Source: Nemertoderma westbladi (Eukaryota > Animalia > Xenacoelomorpha). From it: a stretch of DNA of 64,000 nucleotides. The DNA lies in contig JAUCBJ010005050.1 in assembly GCA_032718475.1 (NCBI GenBank), positions 5,395 through 69,394 of the forward strand, given 5' to 3'. This document shows, one piece after another, positions 27,601 to 39,600 of the stretch. The position numbers were made by a program, and so were the translations under genes. Below the pieces are notes generated by a model. That model had not been told where the DNA came from and did no database searches. It saw only the letters and a program-made list of their open reading frames with translations. The first letter of the stretch is position 1, and every line of letters starts with the position of its first letter.

Positions 27601-30600
27601 TTCGCCTCCGATATAGAAGGAATGTTCTTACAAGTCAAGGCGCTGGATAGAGATAGAGACAGCCTGAGATTTCTGTGGTGGCCTGAAGGAGACCTCAACC
27701 AGAAACCGGTGGAGTACTGGATGACCATCCAGGCTTTTGGGATCATATCTAGCCCTTCCAATGCCTGCTCCGTGGTGCGAACCACTGCGAATGACAACCA
27801 AGACGCCTTCTCCAAAGAGGTGATAGACAACATCAAACGTAATATATACATGGACGATAATTTAAGGTCCCTTCCATCAGTAGAAGAAGCCATTGATGTC
27901 GCGAAAGGAACGGTAGAGTGTTTGAAAAGAGGTGGATTTCGACTGACGAAATTCACTAGCAACTCCCGTGAGTTTTTGGAAGCGATACCGGTAGAAGACC
28001 GAGGAACGAAAGACCTAGACTTAATAAAGGACGATCTTCCAGAAACCAAGACGCTTGGCTTGAAGTGGGACACTGAAAGAGATATCCTGTTTTTTCAGCT
28101 AAAACAGCGAGATAATCCAGTTCGGACCAAACGGATTTGTTTAAGTATCCTGAGCACTTATTTCGACCCATTGGGATTTATTAGCCCAGTTATATTGATT
28201 GCTCGGAGTTTAGTACAACAAATGTGGCTTGAAAACCACTCATGGGACGATCCGCTGAAGGGAGAACTGTTAAAGAAATGGATGAAATGGGAAGATTCTC
28301 TACCTGCCATCGAGAGCTTTATAATTTCCCGTGCATATTTTGGTCATGTTCTTCCTACCTATTCCTATCAACTCCATGTGTTTGGAGACGCCAGCGACAT
28401 GGGAATAGGTATAGTAGCATATCTGCGAGTCGAAACTCCGGATGGAATCAAAGTCGCCTTGGTTACCTCTAAGGCATTGATTAACAACAAGTTAAAGGTT
28501 CCTCGAGCGGAGTTAAAGGCGGCTTTATACGCTACAGCCATCGGCCGGAACGTAACAGAACAAATAGACTATCCACTGGAGAAAACTGTTTATTGGACCG
28601 ACGCTTTACTCGTGTTGGAGTATCTAACCAATGAAGTCTGTCAGTTCAGCGTTTTTGTTACTAACAGGGTAGCTATTATTCTTAGTCGCACAAAGATAGA
28701 TCAATGGAGACATTGCCCTGGTACGATTAATCCAGCCGATATCGCCTCCAGGGGAGCGACTCCACAGGAACTGATAGATACTCCAGACTGGTTGAGTGGA
28801 CCCGACTTCCTGAGCAAGGAAGAGGATGAATGGCCTCCTCACCTTACTACGGCAGAGATTAGACAAGCCAAGGGAGCGGAGACAGTCAAACCTAAAACCC
28901 GGGCGAGTAAATCGAAGTTATTTAAACCGACGATCGATCTATCTGTATTACATACTTCCGGAAATGATGCTTCGGATCCACAATCCCTCGCCACAAATAA
29001 GTCTGTTGTGGAAATTAGAGATAGAGATTGGAAATCTGGAATACCAGACATCTCGCAAGGAATCTCACCCCTGCTGCAGAGAGCAATGCATCACTACAGT
29101 TCCTGGAATCGGCTCTGTAAAGCCGTCACATATTTAAGGAGATGTTTTCATCATCACTACTCCAGGACGAAGACCATTAGTGATACAGCTCCATTGACAT
29201 CTGCGCAAGTTCATGTTATTAAAAATTTACCCAAATATAAGACATCTGACCGGTTTCTCAAGGAGAAAATTAGTTACCAGGAGCATGAAGAAACCAATAA
29301 GCAGATACTGAGACTCCTGCAATGCTATGAAGATTCCGATAAGTATTTCCTGTTGTTGAGAAATCCGCAGATGCGCTTACGGGATCGCTTCTCTAGCACA
29401 ATGATAGATGGGTTAATACGTGTTGGAGGAAGGCTCACCAATGCGCCATTATCCTTTGACACTAAATTCCCCATACTCATTAGAAATCTTGAAGTACAAA
29501 TCAAGATGATTGTAGATGTTCACAGCAAACTTTATCATGCTGGTAGAGAACGAGTTCTTAGCGAAATCCGAACTCGCTATTATTTTTATAAACCCCGTAG
29601 AGCTCTGAACCAAGTTCTTAGGAACTGCATACCCTGTAGGAAAGCATTCAGTAGGCCTTTAACACAGCGAGAGGCAGAATTACCTAGGGAACGAGTAAGC
29701 TTCTATGAACCACCTTTTACTAATACTGGTGTAGATTTATTTGGCCCTATTGAAGTATATCGTGCTAGGACTATAGTCAAGAGATGGTGTGTCATCTTTG
29801 TATGCATGACTTGTAGAGCCATCCATCTCGATATGGTGAACGATCTATCTACCAACAGCTTCGTATTAAGTTTATGCCGACAGATCGCTCGCTTCGGGAC
29901 GAGTAATACCATGAGATCGGATAAGGGAACGAACTTCATTGGCGCCAACAACGAAATACAGGCTTACGTGAAGGACTGGAACCAAAGACAGGTGGACGAT
30001 CAGCTAAGGATAACAGCGTCTAGCTGGACCTTCAACGCCGCCGACGCCCCTTGGTGGGGAGGAAGTTGGGAGAGATTAATTAGAAGTGTCAAGACCGCAT
30101 TTCACTTTATAGTGCCATGCCGCGCGTATCTCACCGACGAACTTTTGCGGACGTTAATGGAGGAAATAGCTGCCTATCTCAACGAGAGACCGCTTATGCC
30201 AGTTTCATCGAGTCCCGATTCCCTGGAAGCGCTAACACCCGCGCACTTCCTACTGAAGAAACCCGTAGCCATGCTCCCACAATCGGAGATTGCCGACGGA
30301 GACGAATAGTGCCGTCGAACTTGGCAACTTATGCAGTTGCTATCCCGTCGTTTCGCTGACCATTTCGAGAAACATTATCTGCCCACGCTACAACTTCGAA
30401 CTAAGTGGTTTGAGCAGCAAGAAAACGTCAGCGCCGGAGATATGGTGCTTATTGTAGATTCAGACCTCCCACGTAAACGGTGGCAGACAGGTCGTATCAT
30501 CGAGACTCACATCTCAGATGATGGTTTAGTACGCTCGGTAGAACTCGTCGTCATGCGGCGTAACTTCAAGAAGCCAGGCATAATCTTTGAGACGCAACAA

Positions 30601-30732
30601 CTCAACCGCCCAGTTGGTCGTTTATGTTTACTGGAAAGAGACAGAGAACTCTCTGGAAACTATGGAAGGCAAGACACTCTTCCCACGACCACCTCCCTAA
30701 TTCCTCAAACATCTAGGGACTCCCCAACGTGA
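21676..30732 (+). pseudogene. BEL/Pao gag-pol polyprotein (about 2,680 aa reconstructed), disrupted
   Basis: All pieces in one frame. DUF1759-like FNGD..W..F..LS..EKL; three Cys/His knuckles (CALCDGPH, CYNCLRSGH, CAKCGAKHH); protease ALLDSGS; RT YMDD; RNase H FGDAS/PRAEL/WTDA; integrase HHCC, GVDLFGP, SDKGTNF, GGSWERL. Stops at 25306, 27217 and 30307; 1,020-bp insertion at 24029-25048. Confidence 0.95.
24029..25048 (-). mobile_element. Non-autonomous Helentron-associated (HINE/DINE-1/pearl-like) element nested in gag
   Basis: Removal restores TAT TAC AAA GAT (..EYYKDSIQN..); subterminal inverted repeats GTGGGGC/GCCCCAC and CACGAAGT/ACTTCGTG; terminal hairpin 24029-24044; (CGA)n microsatellite 24918-24970; internal 315-bp tandem repeat (24231, 24546, 24861); inserted between AA. 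Confidence 0.8.
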
Positions 30733-32160
30733 TACGTCTGGAGTGGGTGTATGACTATATTATTCTATCTATTTTTATTATATTTTTATATGCGAACTTT
30801 CTTATGTACTTTATTATAATCGTTTTATTTAATTTTATTTAGTAGAATGTTATTTTAGATTATTTAGTAGGTTAGTGCAATATATTAGTGTTTATTACGT
30901 AATTACATATATATAATATATATTTAGTGTGACGGCGAGAAATAATTTTTTCTCTTTCCTTACTGTCCGTATCATATTATAAATACGTGACTACAGTAAG
31001 ATGAAATGTCCGTACTTATTAAAGTACAATAAAGCCACTACTATATTCAAATATTATTGGTAGGCAGAGTATTAGGAATGCAAAGTTCAGATCCTCGTGT
31101 CTCGGCTAAACCAAGCTCTGGGTAGACCTTGGAAATGACTTGCCTCTTCACACTGACATTGCTTCGTGCGATATTGCTCTCATACCATATATAATAATAC
31201 ATATAGTAGCGTGATGTCCCTATAACAGTAGCGTAAAACGCAAATAAATCTGTTAAACCTTTTGACCATCTGTAATTCTAGTCGATTAAGATATCGCGGC
31301 ACCCACCGATATACTTGAAAGACAAATTCTAGAATCAGTGGTTAACGTCCCCAGACAAGTTCTGGAATAAATCGGTGCCCATCTTAAATATTAATTTAAT
31401 ATTTATTAAAATCTGTAAAATTCAGATACTTTAAAATTTCTAGTCAATTAAGATATCGCAGCACTTACCGATACTCTTAAAGGACAATTTTATAGAATTA
31501 AGGATCCTCAGTCCCCAGACCTGCTCTGGAATAAAAATTGTGTCAATTTTAACATCAAATAATAAAATTCACGGGAATAAATTTAAATTCATATTTTAAA
31601 TGAATTTCATAAATTGTCATTTTGTGCAATTTATAACCTTCCCAAAATTCCATTAATTAATAGATCATGGGAGCGGAGATTCATCCTATTGAGTGTATTA
31701 GAGTGCGAGAATCTCCAACATATAGACAATAGCCGATAAAATTAATAAAATCATGCATAAAGAGGATATTGACAATTAAAGAATTACTATTAAATAGCAT
31801 TCCAGATCTGTATGCATGAGAATTACCCTAATTCTACCGCTAGCATTCCATAATGTCACCATAGCAACACCCACGCTAGAATTAGAAGCAAGTTAAAAGA
31901 ACAATAGAAAGCTTGTCCCATTGCATAGCATAGAGAATACATAGCACACTGTTAGTATCCAAGGATACACAGTAATAATGTGACATTCTGGAAGGCACTG
32001 ACTAACGGACAAATGGCCTGTATGTGTACAATTGGTGACAGTTGTGTGGAATTTGTGCGTTTATAGGTGAATGTTACTGCTAAAGTATGTTTACAGTAGC
32101 TAGTCGCAATTGTAAAAGTAGCCCAACTCTCCTATAGAAAGAACCTAAAGTGGATCCAAG

Positions 32161-32284
32161 CCTTTGGGACGGACAGTGGAGTGACTTGTGCCGGTTATCG
32201 TTGTCGTGCTGTTGCTACATGTTGGCGTAAACACCGCGACGACGGTACATCGGCGCTGAGAATCCCACTGTCCGGGGGCAAAGA
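32161..32284 (+). other. Long RNA stem-loop inside the retrotransposon 3' extra region
   Basis: CGGACAGTGG (32170-79) pairs with CCACTGTCCG (32265-74); inner 21-nt arm pairs using Watson-Crick and G-U pairs plus one bulge on the plus strand. Confidence 0.7.
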
Positions 32285-32354
32285 GAGGTAGGCAGCGACG
32301 CCCACTCGCCTAAACATAAACTCATTTTGATATTAATAAACTCAGATAGCAGAT

Positions 32355-32732
32355 ATGACGGAGTTGATAGAAGATGATCTTGGTATTAGGGAGCGATATA
32401 CTCTACCTTTACAAGCATTTGTGGATAGCTTAATACGCGGTGAAGCCGATCCAACCATTACAGAGGACGATGGTCGTTATATCGAACCGCCGATGTCCCA
32501 AGAGCAACTTGCGCGTGAATTGGATTATCGAAAATTCACCGCTCGCTATACGAATCGTAATGGTACGTATATGGACTTCTTAACTACCGGCCATCCTATC
32601 GATTTACATGATACGGACGATGTAGACACCGAAAGGGAAATGGTTCTATTTAAATATCATACCCAGCGGAGTCGTAACGATAAACCGAGAATGGAACACG
32701 AGAATTCTATTCGAAAACAACTCGAAAGATAG
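32355..32732 (+). CDS. Retrotransposon accessory ORF, 125 aa, acidic, unknown function
   Basis: ATG-initiated, protein-like composition, lies inside the LTR-bounded element; no recognised family. Confidence 0.45.
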   Translation: MTELIEDDLGIRERYTLPLQAFVDSLIRGEADPTITEDDGRYIEPPMSQEQLARELDYRKFTARYTNRNGTYMDFLTTGHPIDLHDTDDVDTEREMVLFKYHTQRSRNDKPRMEHENSIRKQLER

Positions 32733-33593
32733 AACGTGGAAGAAAGCTTGTAAAGACAAATAGAGGAGAACACTGGAGAAGAGACATGGGTTAATGTCCA
32801 GGGTCCATGATGTGAATAGTTTTTCCCCGGGGCACGGGTGCTCGCGGGCGGTCTCCTTCGGGAGGCTGTAATTTTCTCTTCCTTCATCGTTTTCCTGTAA
32901 TTATTGTGATCAGTGTCACAATTAAAGCGCAAGAATGAATGATGATGTGACGGAAACATGTCCATTGTGGTATCTTATGGATACTACCATATATCCTCCC
33001 TCCTCTTTACTCCCTTTATCCCTCTATACATCGCTATTGAAAATACAACATACTTCGTCCCACCTTCTCTTCCCAATGTGCTCGGAGCTTTGGGAGACGA
33101 TCGACCAATCATTGCCGTATCGTGGTATGGATCATACCGCCTCCTAATAAATCTCCCCACCCCTTACTGTTTATTTGGATGCTCATATTGGTGTCCGCAC
33201 CTCTTGTCCATGTCACATTCTGTTGATATTTATGATATCAACTTCCCCCTCTCGTTGTTGATTAGAAAATCAACCATCAATAATTTCCTTAAGTCCGCAA
33301 CCGTGATACAAACAAGGACTGAAAGGACATGAGGATAGTTTGTGAACAACTGGTACCATTATGTGTCATAAATCTGGTTGTTCACCTCCCTCAATGATTA
33401 GAGATATAAATCTTATGTAGAACAACTGAGACAAACATATCCTTGAACTGGTGTTTACCTCTTCGCACTAGGGATAAATTCATTTGGAGATAGTCTTCGA
33501 ACGATTGAATCCTCCAACTGAGAACTGAGATCGTATTTCTGAATATTTCTGAATACGACATAGGTCTTCCCCTGCTCTCTCCCACTACTATCA

Positions 33594-35405
33594 ATGGAAA
33601 ACATATTAGGCATACAACAGAATATGGAGAACATTCCATACCCTTTCGTTGATACTCAGCTGATTGCTCCCTGGGCAGAAGGTCGAGGTTTCTTCAGCAC
33701 CATGTATGCTAATACGTCTAGCAACATTACAAAGGTGCAACGAACTTCCATCGGACATCTTGCCTTTCAGGAATACGGATGGAATTTCAAAGTCGGAAAT
33801 CCCATCAACTATCAACAAGTATACGGAGATCATTATTCTCGATTATACTTTGATGGACCATTAACCGCACCTGGCGCCGTGTATAGCTTCATGAGTGTTC
33901 CACTCCGTCCCTCCTTAGCTATCTACACGATCTTTGAAAACACCGCACTTGCCGGTTGGCTAGCCGATGTGTGCAGTCGTACTATACGCGCCCATCCATT
34001 AATACTTGGGACCAAACTCGCTAAGCTAGATGAACATAATAAATTCATCCGCTTCGAATGTTTCCAGCGATTTTTAACCCCGTTCCGCAACGTGGATAGC
34101 CAATTTAAAGACCGCGCTTTGACCAAGCTCAGCCTAAGAAACTCAGCTGCAGAGAAGTTGGATAGCGCTGGATTCGCCATTTTCAAAGAGATTTGTATAT
34201 CGAACTTGCACTCCTCTGTTATACAAAGACCTCGAATCCCCACAGGTTATTCTGACGTGGAAATTCAGACAATAGGTCCACTTGAAGAGACAGACACGCC
34301 CACCTCAGCTATGCACTTGGAAGACGAACCAATATGTCTAGAGTCTGAGGAGATTCAGCCTATCGCGCCCCGGAACAGCGACAACGATTACATCATCGAA
34401 TGGTATCAAGGTCCACAGTGTCTCACTGCGTACGATTATCGACATGCCAACTATGTTTCTAGGCAACGTTGTCGGTTATGCGCATCGAGAGACCATGATA
34501 CGCCCATGGACACAAACGTCCGCTGTTCCTATTTCCAAGAACAACCGACGATGGAAATTTATTGCGCATATTGCAGACTCAATAACTTGCATCAATAACT
34601 TGCATCGGTTTGCCCTCAATTTATGACTCAATGTCACCATTGTCAACTAAAGGGACACGCCAGTTTCGATTGCCCTTTTAATCACGATTTGGAAAGCGTA
34701 GATGAAATGATCACACTACGTTACATCAGAGCTTGGGAAGCGAACGCTGATTTACATTGTGATTCGCGCCATCGCTATTATCCTGGACGCGCTTACGAAG
34801 GAGTTTATGCGTTCCATCCTTATCTATTCGCTTCTGTCGAACAGAAATCACGCATATCGAGTTACGAACTACTGAAGCGCGTCGGAGAATGTATTTCAAC
34901 CAAATTCGTACGCAAATTTCTCAGGAGTGTTAATCCTAGCGACCTTCATTCCTATAACTTAATCAATTATATCCGTCAGGATCCAGACTATGGAGACTTA
35001 TTTGTTAACTCACACCCCGAGTTACAGGAAGTATATCGACGGCCTTAAGAATACCGAGCCCGCGAACGCGAGTTGGAAAGAACCATTAAACCCCGGAGGT
35101 TTCTAACTGCCTATGGTCCACCCACGGCTCTCGTTCAGACCACTCGTAAAGGACCCGTAAGAGCGGCTGTCTTAAAACGAGCTCTCAAAGCCGTTAGACC
35201 CCTCTCCCCCGACGTTGATGTCAATCAACCCGGCACTTCGACTGGCGGATACACCGACCATAATCCTACACCCTCTGATGCAATTATATTGCACCCTTCA
35301 CCCAGGAGTTATAGCCCTCCTTGTAAAGTGGCTCGCCCCAAAGAGAAAAGGACTCTGGCCAGCTTTAAAAAACTGCGTAAACGCCGTCCGCGCAAGAAAG
35401 ACTAA
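33594..35405 (+). pseudogene. Retrotransposon accessory ORF, about 600 aa, zinc-knuckle protein with two in-frame stops
   Basis: ORFs at 33594, 34623 and 35073 share one frame, split by TAA at 34596 and 35046; CRLCASRDH..C, CAYCRLNN[H]LASVC, CHHCQLKGHASFDC; basic C-terminus KKLRKRRPRKKD. Confidence 0.7.
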
Positions 35406-35483
35406 CTGTTTAGAGTATTTACATATATTAGAAACTGTGATTTTTGTATATTTATAGACTTGAATCCCATTTTCTGGGAGCGG

Positions 35484-36672
35484 TGTAAAAGCTTTTGCGG
35501 ATATAATCAGTCCCCTCGCCCGCAAGGTACCGTTATAGGTGTTTTAACGGACATAAAAGTCATTCTTCTATATGTGTGCTTTGGCGGACATGGTAAGGCA
35601 TAAAACCCGCAATGCGTCAAATACTCTGGCACAGCTTAGCCTTGATGATTCAGATTACGACATCTAACAGCTGGTTGCTGGCATGGAAACGGCCATTGGA
35701 CACATGGTTCTTTGTTTAGCTTAACAGCCAATCAGGGCGATATTTACTGTCGATGTGGAGATTTTCTACAGATCGTGCTAGGAGTGTTCAGTCTTACTGT
35801 TTTTCTTGATACTGTTGTGTTGTTTCTATCTAGGCCAAGAACACCGGCTCTAGAGTCAATTCGTTTCAGACTTTAGAAGAAACATTAGTAGGCTTAGATT
35901 ATAGAGCGTATAACTGTTATCGGCACAGTCCAGTCTTAACGGCACATACATTGTCATATCATATCTTAACCTACCGTCTTAATGCTTTTACTGTTGTTAT
36001 TATTTTGTATCAGTTGGTTGAATATTATTTGGAGAACATCTATAAAGAACCCAAATTTCCCAATTTTCTTGATACACTACAGGTTAGAGAGACAGGTTAC
36101 ATATAGCGATTGCGACTTATATTATTGTGGTTTGTAGTGAATTTAATGCTATTTGATAAGCACTACATGAGTCAATTGCTGTTCTCTTTATATATGATAA
36201 AATTCATTGACAGTCGGCAAATTAGTGTGCAGTATTGTGCGTTACCGGTAGTGTGCATGATTGTGACTGATAACTAAGCATTTCCTAAAGAATGCGCCTC
36301 ATACGTGAATCATAAGCCTTACCGACTTACCGTTGTGTTTAGTATAAGTCATATCTCTGTTTACCTACATAGAGCGCCACGTCCTAAAGGAACTGTTAAT
36401 ATTTCCCGAAAGTGAATAATATTAGTCAGAAATTATTTATTAACGATCAATCGAATAATACAGTAAGCTTACACTGCAATAACAATCTAAGCCCTCCGAA
36501 TCCAGTCTCCCGGGTATATCCAGTGGGTGAATGGATGCGCACTAGGCTGGCTTCGGCTAATGTTGTGTTTATTGGTATTAAATACTTGTCATTTTCTAAA
36601 GTCTATTTATAAACCAAAAGACATATAAATTTTGGCAGGTTAAACTGCTAAAGGTCTTCAAAAGCGCGTACA
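35484..36672 (+). repeat. 3' LTR (1,189 bp)
   Basis: Direct repeat of 18410-19577, preceded by a purine tract and followed by TSD GCTAG. Confidence 0.97.
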
Positions 36673-39600
36673 GCTAGCCATGCTGACAAGGTCGGGGGAA
36701 CGTAATCAACCAACGGCTAGCCATGCAGACAACGTCGGCTGAAGGTAATCAACCAACGGCTAGACATGCAGACAATGTCGGGGTAAGGCAATCAACCAAC
36801 GGCTAGACATGCCGACAAGGTCGGCGGAAGGTAATCAACCAACAGCTAGACATTCAGACAAGGTCGGCGGAAGGTAATCATCCAACGGCTAGCCATGCTG
36901 ACAAGGTCGGGGGAACGTAATCAACCAACGGCTAGACATGCAGACAAGGTCGGCTGAAGGTAGTCAACCAACGGCTAGACATGCAGACAAGGTCGGGGGA
37001 AGGTAATCAACCAACGGCTAGCCATGCTGACAAGGTCGGCGGAAGGTAATAAACCAACGGCTAGCCATGCAGACAAGGTCGGCGGAAGGTAATCATCCAA
37101 CGGCTAGACATGCAGACAAGGTCGGGGGAAGGTAATCATCCAACGGCTAGCCATGCTGACAAGGTCGGCGGAAGGTAATCAACCAACGGCTAGCCATGCA
37201 GACAAGGTCGGCGGAAGGTAATCATCCAACGGCTAGACATGCAGACAAGGTCGGGGGAAGGTAATCAACCAGCGGCTAGACATGCTGACAAGGTCGGCGG
37301 AAGGTAATCAACCAACGGCTAGCCATGCAGACAAGGTCGGCGGAAGGTAATCATCCAACTGCTAGACATGCAGACAAGGTCGGGGGAAGATAATCATCCA
37401 ACGGCTAGCCATGCTGACAAGGTCGGCGGAAGGTAATCAACCAACGGCTAGCCATGCAGACAAGGTCGGCGGAAGGTAATCATCCAACGGCTAGACATGC
37501 AGACAAGGTCGGGGGAAGGTAATCAACCAACGGCTAGACATGCTGACAAGGTCGGCGGAAGGTAATCATCCAACGGCTAGCCATGCAGACAAGGTCGGTG
37601 GAAGGTAATCAACCAACGGCTAGCCATGCAGACAAGGTCGGTGGAAGTTAATCAACCAACGGCTAGCCATGCAGACAAGGTCGGCTGAAGGTAATCAACC
37701 AACGGCTAGTAATGTAGACAAGGTCGGTGGAAGGTAATCAACCAACGGCTTTCCATTCAAACAAGGTCGGTGGAAGGTAATCAACCAACGGCTAGCCATG
37801 CAGACAAGGTCGGCGGAAGGTAATCAACCAACGGCTAGACATGCAGACAAGGTCGGTGGAAGGTAATCAACCAACGGTTTGTAATGTAGACAAGGTCTGA
37901 GGAAGGTAATCAACCAACGGCTAGCCATGCAGACAAGGTTGGCGGAAGGTAATCATCCAACGGCTAGCCATGCAGACAAGGTCGGTGGAAGGTAATCAAC
38001 CAACGGTTTGTAATGTAGACAAGGTCGGAGGAAGGTAATCAACCAACGGTTTGTAATGTAGACAAGGTCGGAGGAAGGTAATCAACCAACGGCTAGCCAT
38101 GCAGACAAGGTCGGGGGAAGGTAACCAACAAACGGCTAGCCATGCAGACAAGGTCGGCAGAAGGTAATCATCCAACGGCTAGCCATGCAGACAAGGTCGG
38201 GGGAAGGTAATCAACCAACGGCTAGCCATGCAGACAAGGTCGGCTGAAGGTCATCATTAATCAACCAACGGCTAGACATTCAGACAAGGTCGGCTGAAGG
38301 TAATCAACCAACGGCTAGACATCCAGATAAGGTCGGCTGAAGGTAATCAACCAACGGCTAGACATGCAGACAAGGTCGGGGGAAGGTAATCAACCAACGG
38401 CTAGACATGCAGACAAGGTCAGCTGAAGGTAATCAACCAACGGCTAGACATGCAGACAAGGTCGGGGGAAGGTATTCAACCAATGGCTAGCCATCCAGAT
38501 AAGGTTGGCTGAAGGTAATCAACCAACGGCTAGACATGCAGACAAGGTCGGGGGAAGGAAATCAACCAACGGCTAGACATGCAGACAAGGTCGGCTGAAG
38601 GTAATCATCCAACTGCTAGACATGCAGACAAGGTCGGGGGAAGGTAATCATCCAACGGCTAGACATGCAGACAAGGTCGGGGAAGGTAATCAACCAATGG
38701 CTAGACATGCAGACAAGGTCGGCTGAAGGTAATCAACCAACGGCTAGACATGCAGACAATGTCGGCGGAAGGTAATCAACCAACGGCTAGACATTCAGAC
38801 AAGGTAGGGGGAAGGTAATCAACCAATGGCTAGTAATGCAGACAAGGTCGGTGGAAGGTAATCAACCAACGGCTAGACATGCTGACAAGGTCGGCGGAAG
38901 GTAATCAACCAACGGCTAGCCATGCAGACAAGGTCGGCGGAAGGTAATCAACCAACGGCTAGACATGCTGACAAGATCGGGTGAAGGTAATCAACCAACG
39001 GCTAGCCATGCAGACAAGGTCGGCTGAAGGTAATCATCCAACGGCTAGCCATGCAGACAAGGTCGGCTGAAGGTAATCAACCAACGGCTAGCAGACAAGG
39101 TCGGCTGAAGGTAATCAACCAAAGGCTAGACATGCAGACAAGGTCGGCTGAAGGTAATCAACCAAAGGCTAGACATGCAGACAAGGTCGGCTGAAGGTAA
39201 TCAACCAACGGCTAGCCATGCAGACAAGGTCGGCGGAAGGTAATCAGTCAACAGCTGCCATGCAGACAAGGTCGGGGGAAGGTAATCATCCAACGGCTAG
39301 CCATGCAGACAAGGTTGGCGGAAGGTAATCATCCAACGGCTAGCAGACAAGGTCGGCTGAAGGTAATCATCCAACGGCTAGCCATGCAGACAAGGTCGGG
39401 GGAAGGTATTCAACCAACGGTTTGTAATGTAGACAAGGTCGGTGGAAGGTAATCAACCAACGGCTAGACATGCAGACAAGGTCGGGGGAAGGTAATTAAC
39501 CAACGGCTAGCCATGCAGACAAGGTCGGCTGAAGGTAATCAACCAACGGCTAGCAGACAAGGTCGGCTGAAGGTAATCAATCAACGGCTAGCAGACAAGG

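Larger units (their letters stand above)
18410..36672 (+). mobile_element. Full-length BEL/Pao LTR retrotransposon, 18,263 bp, inactivated
   Basis: Near-identical TG..CA LTRs; 5-bp TSD GCTAG at 18405-18409 and 36673-36677; Gag-PR-RT-RH-IN domain order; PPT-like GGGAGCGG at 35476-35483. Confidence 0.97.

Noticed and set aside
22505-29951. Minus-strand ORFs over gag-pol (also those over Smad4, Rel and PDI)
   Set aside because: Antisense shadows of real coding frames with no motifs of their own
25306-30309. Programmed readthrough or an alternative genetic code at the gag-pol stops
   Set aside because: Mixed TGA and TAG codons inside conserved domains, and host genes use standard stops; nonsense mutation is simpler
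32161-32284. Hammerhead ribozyme
   Set aside because: CTGAGAA does not match CUGANGA and no correctly placed GAAA three-way junction was found
32355-35405. env gene in the 3' extra region
   Set aside because: No signal peptide, furin-plus-fusion-peptide pattern or C-terminal transmembrane helix evident
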